Below are positions 42,485 through 53,133 of a stretch of DNA of 64,000 bases, in pieces. The DNA lies in the NCBI RefSeq assembly GCF_009914755.1, contig NC_060947.1; one strand, given 5' to 3'. The notes beneath the pieces are model-generated. The model had not been told where the DNA came from. It saw only the letters and a list, made by a program, of their open reading frames with translations, and ran no database searches. Numbering within the stretch: the first letter of the stretch is position 1; every line of letters begins with the position of its first letter. This DNA is from the human T2T-CHM13v2.0 reference genome, Homo sapiens. A program made the position numbers and the translations under genes.

Positions 42485-42720
42485 GAGCTGCAGTGATGGC
42501 TGCTGCCACTCCCCTTGGGAGCTCAGTCATCTTAGGAAGTAGGCAGCTGCAGTGATGGTGGCTGCCCCTCCCTTCAGAAACTCAGTTGTCTTAGGCAGCA
42601 GGCAGCCACAGTGATGGCAGCCACACCTCAACTAAGGAGCTCAATCATTTTAGGCAGCTGGCAGCTTCAGTGATGGTGGCTTCTTCTCCCCCCAGGAACT
42701 TGGTAGTCTTAGGCAGTCTC
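42485..42720. repeat. 4 x 59-bp tandem repeat in the L1 5'UTR
   Basis: Units (g/c)agc..cagtgatgg start at 42485, 42544, 42603 and 42662. Confidence 0.9.
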
Positions 42721-43106
42721 CAGTAGAGCAGCTGCTGAGAATCTGCATAGCTCTGTGCTTAAGGCCCAAGGCCCTGGTGGTATGGGCTCACAAGGGGATC
42801 TCCTGATCCATGGTGTGTACAGATCCGTGGAAAACATGTGGCTTCCTGGGCAAGGTAGCACAATCACTCAGTGCCTCCCTTGGCAGGGGTGGGTCCTTCC
42901 CTTGCCCCGTGCAGTTCCCAGGTGGGCCATCAATCCACCCTGCTTTTTATCACTCTCTGTGGGTCATGCCCACCACCTAATCAGTCTCAATAAGAGAACC
43001 TAGATACCTCAGTTGCCAGTGCAGGATTCACTTGCCACTTTTGTTCTTCTTGGTGGGAGCCTTCGACCACAGCTGTTTTTAGTCAGCCATCTTGGCCTCT
43101 TCCACG

Positions 43107-44200
43107 AGAAGCTTTTCTTAAACAAGACACTAAACATCCAAACCATAATGAAAAAGAGTAACACGTTCAACTATGTTAAAATAAGAATTTATTGCCATCT
43201 AAAAATCACCATAAAAAGAATGGAAATAAGTAAGTTACAACTGGGAGAATAATATGCAATGTATCCAGCCAGAATACTGGTAACCAGAAATACAACACAT
43301 TTCTAGAAGGCAATAAGAAAAAGACAAACACAATAGAAAAATCGACAGAAAGCATGAATATGCCCTTGACAGAAGAGAAAATAAAAATGATACATAAATA
43401 TATACAAATATACACAATCTCATTGGTTATGAGGAACATGAAAAATGAGTTCCTGAGATAATCTTTTACCAAAACCAGATGGGAAAAAAATCAAAAGTTT
43501 TGTAAACCAAGTTTTGGTGAAGATATAGAACAATGGGAACTCTCACACATTGCTGAAGAGAATTTAAATTGGTAACCACTTCCAAAACTTACTATTTGTA
43601 TCACCCAGCATAGTCAAGCATTTGCATACTCTTTCATCCAACAATTCCCCTTAAATGAATTCTTGCATATTTGCTCCCAGGAAACATTTACAGGAATGTT
43701 TCAGCAGCACTGTTTATAATATTAAATATATGCAAACAACCCAAATGTCTATCAACAGTAGAATGGATAAATAAATTAATGTATAAATAAAGACAGAAAA
43801 GTACACAGGCTGAAAAAATAAATAAACTATAGCTGTATTGAGTGATATGTATGAGTCTCCAGAAAATAATGTTGAGTGAAAAAAGCATCTAAAAACCACA
43901 TACAGTATGGTTTCATGTATTGTAAGTTAAAAAAAAAAAGAAGATATATACACACAGTGGTCAAACTATAAAGAAAAAAAGGTATAATTAATACAAAACT
44001 TAAGATAGTGTTTATTACCATTGGCAAGAAAGGGCAGTGCATTCTGGGTGGGTTATACAGAGGACTTGTGCACTACTAGCCATATTCTATTTCTTGCCCT
44101 AGGTAGTAAGTATACAGATGTTAATTTTATTATTCTTTAAACTGTACATATATTATAGATAATTTTATGATGTATGCATAATTCACAATAAAAATGGAAA
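43107..44200 (+). mobile_element. Old L1M (L1ME-like) right half, ORF2 end and 3'UTR
   Basis: aacaacccaaatgtctatcaacagtagaatggataaataaatt... Confidence 0.8.
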
Positions 44201-44619
44201 AAGGTATACTACAGAATTAAGGTATTGAAATACTGTATCAGAAAAAACTGAACAAATGAATAATACATAGTAAAATTAAAAGCGGATGAGTAACACTGTA
44301 TTAAATGTTGATAGACATAAAGCCAATAATTCGGAGTCCATTAATAGTGTAAAATTAAAATTTAAAAACATCATTTTTATTAAAACATACTTTTCTCCTT
44401 ACTTAAAAATGAATTGTAACAGTAATAAGAAAATGGCAGAGCTAACACTTACATTAATATTTCTAGTGATCCTTCAGCCACTCTACTAGTAAAAGCAAGC
44501 AAATTAAAAAAGTACTGATCCAATCAGATTTCATAAATTTGGACATAAATTTCAAAATTATCAAGACAGGTGTACGAACAGTAAAAATTAATATCTAAAC
44601 ACCCATTAACAGTAAACTG

Positions 44620-45033
44620 TGTATTTGTTCTCACACTGCTATAAAAAATACCTGAGATTGGTAAATTTATAAAGAAAATAGGTTTAATTGGGCTCAGGGT
44701 TCCACAGGCTGTACAGGAAGCATGGCAGCATTCGCTTCTGGGGAGGCCTCAGGGAACTCTTATTCATGGCGGAGGACAAAGTGGGAGCAAGCATTTTACA
44801 TGGCAGGAGCAGAACCGAGAGGTGGGAGGTGCTACACACTTTTAAACAACCAGATCTCATGATAACTCGCTCACTCATTGACGCAAGAACAGCACCAAGG
44901 GGGTGGTGCTAACCCATTCATGAGGACTCCGCCCCCAAGATCCAATCTCCCACCAGGCCTCACCTTCAACACTGGGGGTTACAGTTCGACAAAAGTTTTG
45001 GTTTTGGTGGGGACACAGATCCAAAATGTATCA
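44620..45033 (-). mobile_element. MST (MSTA-like) MaLR solo LTR
   Basis: tgtatt..ttctcacactgctataaa...cacaggctgtacaggaagcatggc...ggggacacagatccaaa..tatca. Confidence 0.88.
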
Positions 45034-45824
45034 CGTTGTCTTTAGTCTTTGTAAAATAAATACTAAACTGCTGAAACAAATTGAATATATTATCAGAGCT
45101 TTGGATTATCATACCAAATGTTATACCAAGATCTAAAAAAATCATATTTTATTTTACCATCAATAAACACAAATTTAAAATTTCAATAATATCATTTTCA
45201 TCATCCTGTCATTAAAAATGTCATCTTTTGTGTACATTATTATAATGTTTATAATGTTCATACCATGATATATAATTTATAAATGAATAAATATGTATGA
45301 GGATGCCTTCTCAAAAAGGATTCACTGAAAGGGATGCATATTGCAGCATCAACAAGCATGATGACCACCACTGTAGGTCAGCATTAAGGTACTAAAAGTG
45401 ATGTAAACTCTCAGTGTGTCATGGTTAGTTGTGAGGAGCTTGACAAATAATTCTATTTATTTATTTATTAAATTTTACATTTAATTTTGAGTTTATTATT
45501 TTAAATGTCATAAATCTGAATGATGAAGCACCATTTTTTGTTCAGTTTTGAAGAAGCTTTAAATTCAAGTTCAGATGCAAGTATTTATGCATTTTATTTT
45601 AAATCTTTCTTTAGAACTATTACTGTTTTGTATTATTGTAGTTACATTGTAGTCTCAAAAATGAAATAAAACAGATGTAACATTTATAATTGTTTGAATT
45701 TCAAGGTAAATAGGGCTCAGTGAAAATTTTCTACATTCATGACTGCATTGGCTGCTGTGAGTGGCAGGCTCCAATTCTTACTAACTCATTTATCTCACAA
45801 TTTGAAAAATATTTTTATGTATTT

Positions 45825-46520
45825 ACTTATTTTTTAATTAAATAAAAATTGTATCAATGTATGGTGTACAACATATTTTGAACTATGTATACAATGTGGA
45901 ATGCCTAAATTGAGTTAATCAACATAAGAATTACCTCATCTAATTATATGTTTGGTGAGAACACTTAATATCTACTCTCTTACCAATTTCCAGGTATACG
46001 ATACTTTGTTATTAACTATAGTGATTATATTGTGCAACAAACCACTTGAACTTATTTCTTTGTATCTTTTGACTAACATTTCCCCTTCAACAAGCCACTG
46101 GTAACTACCATTCTACCCTCTGCTTCTATGGGTTTTACTATTTTAGATTCTACATATAAGGAAAATCATGTGGTATTAATCATTCTGTGCCTGTGCCTGT
46201 CTTGTTTCACTTTACATAATGTCCTCCAGGTTCATTCATATTCTCACAAGTGACAGTATTATCTTCTCTTTAAAGGCCGAATAGTATTCCAATTTGTATA
46301 TCTACCACGTTTTCTTTATTCATTTATCTGTTGATGGCCAGTTAGGTTGTTTCCATATCTTGGCTACCTTGAATACAGCTGCAGTGAACACGGGAGTGCA
46401 GATATCTCTCCAACAAATTGATTTCATTTCCTTTGGCTTTATAATGAAAAGTGAGGTTTCTGAATCATACAGTAATCCTGTTTTAAATTTTTTGAGGAAC
46501 ATCCATACTGTTTTCCATAT
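45825..46520 (-). mobile_element. L1MA 3' end, split by HERV-L (continues 53134-53715)
   Basis: L1MA 3'UTR ...tttttgaggaacatccatactgttttccatat| resuming at |gaatgtacaaatttacatt. Confidence 0.85.
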
Positions 46521-47038
46521 TGTGTTAGTCAGGGTTTTCTAGAGGGACAGAACTGAATAGAATACTAGAATATTCTAATATATATTAGAATATTAGATTA
46601 AAATTATATTACAATATTAGAATAGAATTATTTTAGAAATATATTAAAATATTCTAATATATATTCTAATAGTATATATAGTCTACTATATATATTCTAC
46701 TATATATATATATATATATTCTATTCCATTAGAGCCAATCCAAGTTCCAAAACTGAAGAACTTGTAGTCTGGTATTGAGGGCAGGAAACATCCAGCATGG
46801 GAGAAAGATTGAGGCTGGGAGGCTAGGCCAGTCTCTCTTTTTACATTTTTCTGCCTGTTTATATTCTAGCTGGGTTGGCAGCTGATTAGATTGTTCCCAC
46901 CCAGATTAAGGGTAGGTCTGCCTTTCCCAGCCCAATGACTCAAATGTTATTCTCCTTTGGCAGCACCCTCACAGATACACTCAGGATCTATACTTTGTAT
47001 CCTTCAATCCAATCAAGTTGACAGTATTAACCATCACA
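46521..47038 (-). mobile_element. MLT2A 3' LTR
   Basis: tgtgttagtcagggttttctagagggacagaact...gtattaaccatcaca, with an AT-rich expansion at ~46555-46730. Confidence 0.92.
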
Positions 47039-47453
47039 AGTCCACCCCTTGTCAACTTAAACCCATACATATCTCCTGAGATCATATATAACCTTGAAAT
47101 AAAGACAATGATAAGGACATGCTTATGTCTAACATAATACAACTATCCTTCATACAACCAGAAACTCACCAATCCCCAACCCAAATACTATTACATAAAG
47201 TTAACAATACTTACATGCTGATGTGAAGTCAATAAATTTTATGTCAGATGATAAAGGAGAAAGGAAATAAAGTGAAGATATTCTCTTAGTACAAGTGTAT
47301 ATATGCACAAACATGTTTTAACAAAAGAAGGAGGAAATACTCAAGACAATTACAGTCTTTGTTTCAGCAGCTGCTCAAGTGGTCTTAGCTGTTATTGATG
47401 ACTACCTTCTTCTACTACCCATTTCTGTATTCCCTTTGCCTTCAGCAAGCACC

Positions 47454-48083
47454 TCAGCAGGTCGTGGGTTTTTTTCTTGCTGGAGTGACCCAAACCTTCA
47501 TTCCTGAAGGGTCTGGGTCATTTGTAGTCCTGCCTGGACTAGGCTGTTGTAGTTTCCCATTGACCTTAATCACAGGACATGGTAATACTAAGAAACACTC
47601 TAATGAATCTCCTGTATTCCATGCATACTCTCCCTTACCTCCATTGTAAGGTAGTAGACTGATTTCATATGGATAATCTGGGTCAGTCATGCCAGCAAAC
47701 ACTGTAATTCCCTTCTTAGCCTTTTGATTTAAAAGTAGGAGGAGCCCAAAGTGTCCAGGTGGCAATCTTAACTTGCAGTTTAATGGAATCATTGTGTCTC
47801 CTGGTGGCGGCATTTCTCCCCCTGGAACAAAGACCTCTAGGCCACCAGAACGTAGTGTCACAGGAACAGGAAGCAAAAATTTTGCTAGTGGATCACTAGG
47901 GGTGATGGTGAGTGGTGCCACTTCCACTTCCACCGCTTGATTCCTGGAGATGCAAATCTTGGCTATGGGAGAAATAGTGCCATATATTGGATGCTGATTC
48001 AGAGCATACATGGCATTCTGGAGAATTTTGCCCCAGCCCTGCAAAGTATTGTCACCTAGTTGACATTGTAATTGTGACTTCAA
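47454..48083 (-). pseudogene. HERV-L integrase C-terminus plus dUTPase remnant (209-codon open frame)
   Basis: LRLPPGHFGLLL...GITVFAGMTDPDY...WNTGD are dUTPase-like motifs, in the position after integrase typical of ERV-L. Confidence 0.85.
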
Positions 48084-48089
48084 AAGGCC

Positions 48090-50760
48090 ATTCTACTGTT
48101 CTATCAATCCAGCTGCTTCAGGATGATGGGGAACATGGTAAGACCAGCGAATTCCATGAGCATGAGCCCACTGCCATACTTCTTTAGCTGTAAAGTGAGT
48201 GCCTTGGTCAGAGACAATGGCAATGCTGTGTGGAATACCATGACGTTGGACAAGCATTCCGTGAGTCCTTGGATGGTAGTCTTGACAGAAGCATGGCATG
48301 CAGGATAGATTAACTCACATCTGGAGTAAGTGTCCATTCCAGTGAGGAGAAACCTCTGCCTTTCCATCATGGAAAATGTTCAATATAATCAACATGCCAC
48401 TAGGTACCTGGCTGATCACCCTGCGGAATGGTGCCATATCGAGGGCTCAGTGTTGGTCTCTGCTGCCAGAAAATTAGTCACTCAGCAGTGGTCATAGCCA
48501 GGTCAGCCCTGGTGAGTGGAAGTCCATGTTGCTGAACCCATGCATAACCTCCATCTCTGCCACCATGGCCACTTTGTTCATGGATCCCTTGGGCGATGAC
48601 AGGGGTGGCTGGGGAAAGAGGCTTGGTGATGTCTGCTGAATGTGACATCCTATCCACTTGATTATTCAAATCCTCCTCTGCTGAGGTCACCCGATGGTGA
48701 GCACTCACATTAGCAGAAATATTTTCACAGTCTTTGATCACTCAGAGAGGTCCATCCACAGACGTCTTCCCCAAACTATTTTGTCACTAATTTTCCAATC
48801 ATGCTTCTTCCAAGTCCCTGATAATCCAGCCAAACCATTGGTTACCGCCCATGAATCAGTATATAATCATACATCTGGCCATTTCTCCTTCCGTGCAAAG
48901 TGCACAACAAGGTGCTCTGCTTGAATTCTGCCCACTGGGAAGATTTCCCTTCACTACTGTCCTTCAGGGATGTCCTAGAAAGGGGCTGTAGTGCTGCAGC
49001 TGTTCAGTTTCAGGTGGTGCCTGCATATCGTGCAGGACCATCTGTGAACCAGGCCCTAGTCTTCTCTTTGCCTGTCAACTGATCATAGGAAACTCCGCAT
49101 GAGGCCATTGGTACAGGCTAGGGGAGAGAAGGCAGGGTGGCAGGAATGGAGACCATGGGCATTTGAACCACTTCCTCATGTAACTTACTTGTGCCTTCAG
49201 GACATGCTCAAACTGGGTCTCGTATATAACACTTCCATTTGATGCTGGAATGCTGCTATGTATGACCCACTTTATGGCTAGATGGGTCATAAAGCACCCA
49301 ATTTATGATAGGCAGTTCAGGTTGCACAGTGACTTGATGACTCATAGTCAAACGTTCAGTTTCCACTAAAGCCCAGTAACAGGCCAAAAGCTGTCCCTCA
49401 AAAGGAGAGTAGTTATTTGCAGAAGAAGGCAGGGCCATGCTCCAAAATCCTAGAACCCTCCGTGGTGACTCACTTATACGGGCCTGCCAAAGTCCCCAAG
49501 CAACATCCTTATCTGCCACTGACAACTCAAGCACCATCGAATCTGCTGGGTCACATGGCCTAAGTGGCAGAGCAGCTTGCACAGCAGCCTGGACCTGTTA
49601 AGGAACCTTCTCCTGTTCTGGACCCCACTCAAAACTGGCAGCCTTTCGGGTCACTTGACATATGGGCCAAAGTAACACACCCAAATGAGGAATGTGTTGC
49701 CTCCAAAATCCAAATAGGTGCACTAGGCATTGTGCCTTTTTTTTTCCTGTGGAGGGGACAAATGCAGCAACTTATCTTTCACCTTAGAATGAATATCTCA
49801 ACAGGCCCCACACCACTGGAACCCTAGAAATTTTACTGAGGTAGAAGGTCCCCTGAATTTGATTCAGGTATTTTTCCCATCCTCTGGCATGCGATGTCTC
49901 GACAATAAGTCTAGTATGTTTGCTACTTCTTGCTCACTGGATCCAGTTGGCATAATGTAATAGACCAATGTGATATTTTGTGGAAATGAAAAGCAATCAA
50001 GGTCTCTCTGAATAAGATTATGACACAAAGCCAGAGAGTTGAAATATATCTGAGGTAGGAAAGTAACGGTATATTGCTGGCCTTGCCAGCTGAAGGCAAA
50101 TTGCTTCTGGTGGGCCTTATAAAGAGGAATGGAGAAAAAGGCATTTGCCAAGTCAATGGCTACATACCAGGTACCAGGAGATGTGTTAATTTGTTCAAGC
50201 AATGAATCCACATCTGGTACAGCAGCTGCAATTGGTTAAGCTTATGATAATCCAAAGCTTATGATAATCCACTGTCATTCTCCAAGATCCATCTGTCTTC
50301 TGCACAGGCCAAATGGGAGAGTTGAACAAGGATGTGGTGAGAATCACTGCCCCTGCCTCTTTCAAGTCCTTGATGGTGGAACTAATCTCTGCAATCCCTC
50401 CAGGGACGCAATATTCTTTTTGATTTACTATTTTTCTAGGTAGAGACAGCACTTATGGCTTCCATTTGGCTTTTCCCACCATAATATCCCTCACCCTACC
50501 AATCATGGAGCCATGTGGGGATTCCGCCAGCTGCTAAGTAGGTCTATGCCAATTATGCATTGTGGCACTAGGAAAATGACCACGGGATGAATCTGGGGAC
50601 CCACTGGACCAACTATAAGTAGGACCTGAGCTAAAACTCCTTTAATTACCTGACCTCCATAAGTCCCTACTTTAACTGGAGGACCACGATGACGTTTTAG
50701 GTCCCCTGGAATCAATGTCAGCTCAGAGCCAGTAATGAGTAGTCCCCAAAATGTCCTATC
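48090..50760 (-). pseudogene. HERV-L pro/pol remnant (protease, RT, RNase H, integrase)
   Basis: Fragmented ORFs at 50503, 50195, 49864, 49256, 48478 and 48093 carry retroviral pol motifs. Confidence 0.88.
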
Positions 50761-50895
50761 ATTTCACTTTCCCTAATGCACAGTTACCCTGGTGAAAGGC
50801 CAGGGGTCTCCTTGGGGAAGGATAGAAGAAAGATTCACTGCGTACATTGTTGGTAATGTAGTGGGGTCCTTCCTCAAGGGGACCCAGCCTGTTTT

Positions 50896-52651
50896 TCATT
50901 CAAGGCATTCTGGGTCTGTAAACTGGCTCAAGTCTAAAAATTGATTGAGGGTCCATGATTGTCTGTTTTTATAATTCAAATTAGTCTTTTGTCCATTTGA
51001 CCTAGAAGTTTTCTGCTTGTATAAATTAAGTAGGAATGCAGTAGGCTTCCTATCAATTATACTTCTAGGAACACCATGATTAATGAGCCTATGCCAGAGC
51101 TCTACATGAATCAGACTACTCTTATTACTGCTTTGCCTCTGCTGTCCATTACAGTAGCTTTGTCCACCTTGCCTTTGATGGTTGAGTGCCACCACTTGGT
51201 GCCTGCCACCTTGGGACTCAATTATTCCCGTTGGATTTAAATTTTGTAGCTCAGTGACTGAAGTTCCAACTGTTAGATCTGACATACAGAAAAGAGTAAT
51301 TACAGGGCTCTTCAAAGATGCAGGTGCCTCCCTCACAAATCTATTTCACAAGGCATTGGTCAAGCGTACATCTTCTGGACCTTCCCAGCTGAAATAAGTG
51401 GGTCTAAAGTGACTAATCCACTCCACCATCATTATCTCCCTAAGCCTTTTGATCCCTTCCTCTACATTAAACCAAGGGAGATCAGGCATTTCCAGCTTGC
51501 TCACAGTGGGCCATCTTGTAATCCATATTTCAGCTAACCCAGCAAATAAATTATTAGAACTTTTTAACTCCCCGAGCTGCAACATTAAATGCAGAGTGCC
51601 TACTTAGTTGGCACAAATAAATAAATTCAGCCTGATTCAACTCTATGTTCCTTTGACCATTATCCCACACCCTTAATACCAATTCCCATGACTGTGCTCC
51701 AGATTTCTGTTTATATAAATTAGAAAACTCAAGCAGTTCTTTTTGAGTGCAGCACACCTCCTCATGGGTCGCACTGTCAACCTCGCCTCTGGGGGCCCAC
51801 GGGAACTTGAGTCTAGTTATAGGTCTAGAAGCAAATAGAGGTGTTGGTGGTGGCTTCTGAGCAGAATGAAAATTATCTTGCCTGGCAACTGCCTCAAGGC
51901 AGGCCATCACTGTTGCCTCAGGCAGCACAGGGTTTATCTCCTCAGACAAAAATGGAAAAGCTGACTGCAGTATGGATTGGGGAGGGGATGTTTCCACTAC
52001 TGGGGATGAGAAAGCTGTTTTTTTTTTTTTTTTCTGGCAAAAAAGATTCATCAGAATTAACAAACTCAGTGTCCTCAGCTTCATCAGGGTCCTCCCACCT
52101 GTCTTCATTGGAAGTTGCAAGGGCCCATTCTTTTCCAATCAATGCCCTCACTTTAACAGTAGACACCTGGCAAGGTTGTGCATGCACGTTTCATTTCAGG
52201 TCAGCCATTCACATAAGAGCTTGTGTCTGCTTTTCTACAGTTTCAGCTATTTCTCTACAGGAGATAAGACTCTCACTCAGGGCAATCTTAGCAGATTTGA
52301 AGTTCAGTACCTACTTCTGAAGCCAGGAGATAGAATCTCTGAATATATCATGCATCATTTTCTTTCATCAGTTCATTCACCAAACTTAGAAGAAACCAAC
52401 CAGCTTCATTATGTTTCTTGGTTCTCCCCATATGGTCAAAGGTAGTATCTATAGAGTCACTAAATTCCTTGCTTCTCACGAGCAATGAATCGGGTATCAA
52501 ATGCATTTTTTTTGCATAAATCTCTAAAAAGTTCATGCCAAGGACTATCAGTGTTCTCCCTATTATTAGAAGTAGAGTCCTTAGCATTTTGGGGTCTAAT
52601 CATAATAAGCAACCATCTCCAGGAAACCCAAAACCAATGAATTATCCCCAT
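50896..52651 (-). pseudogene. HERV-L gag remnant
   Basis: Fragments such as WELVLRVWDNGQRNIELNQAEFI and WPTVSKLEMPDLPWFNVEEGIKRLRE are typical of ERV-L Gag. Confidence 0.85.
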
Positions 52652-52695
52652 CCTTAATATTCTGTTCCTCTAGAACGAATCCTGGTACAAAAGTC

Positions 52696-53133
52696 TGTAT
52701 TAGGGTTCTCTAGAGGGACAGAACTAATGGAATATATATATATATTAAGTATTAATTATTACTTAATTATTACTTAATTAATTAATTAATACTTAATTAA
52801 TAATTAAGTGTTAACTCACCCTATCACAAGGTCTCACAATAGGCTGGGAACTTGGAGTCCAGTGTTCAAGGGCAGGAAGCATTCAGCATGGGAGAAAGAT
52901 GTAGGCTGGGAGGCCTGGCCAGTCTCTGTTTTCAAATTTTTCTGCCGGCTTATGTTCTAGCCATGCTGACACCTGATTAGATTTTGCCCACCTAGATTAA
53001 GGGTTGGTCTGCCTTTCCCAGCCTACTGACTCAAATATTAATCTTCTTTGGCAATACCTTCACAGACACACCCAGGGACAGTACTTTGTATTCTTCAATC
53101 CAATCAAGTTGACACTCAGTATTAACCATCACA
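52696..53133 (-). mobile_element. MLT2A 5' LTR
   Basis: tgtattagggttctctagagggacagaact...cagtattaaccatcaca; similar to 46521-47038. Confidence 0.92.

Larger units (their letters stand above)
46521..53133 (-). mobile_element. Full-length HERV-L provirus (LTR-gag-pro-pol-dUTPase-LTR), disabled
   Basis: Two MLT2A LTRs; TSD CATAT at 46516-46520 and 53134-53138; PPT next to 47039; PBS-like sequence at ~52675-52695; RT motifs ([33 protein letters not shown]); integrase motif (SDQGTHFTA); no env. Confidence 0.96.

Noticed and set aside
42485-42720. CRISPR-like array
   Set aside because: The units are head-to-tail with no unique spacers, sit within an L1 5'UTR in a eukaryotic genome, and have no cas genes nearby.
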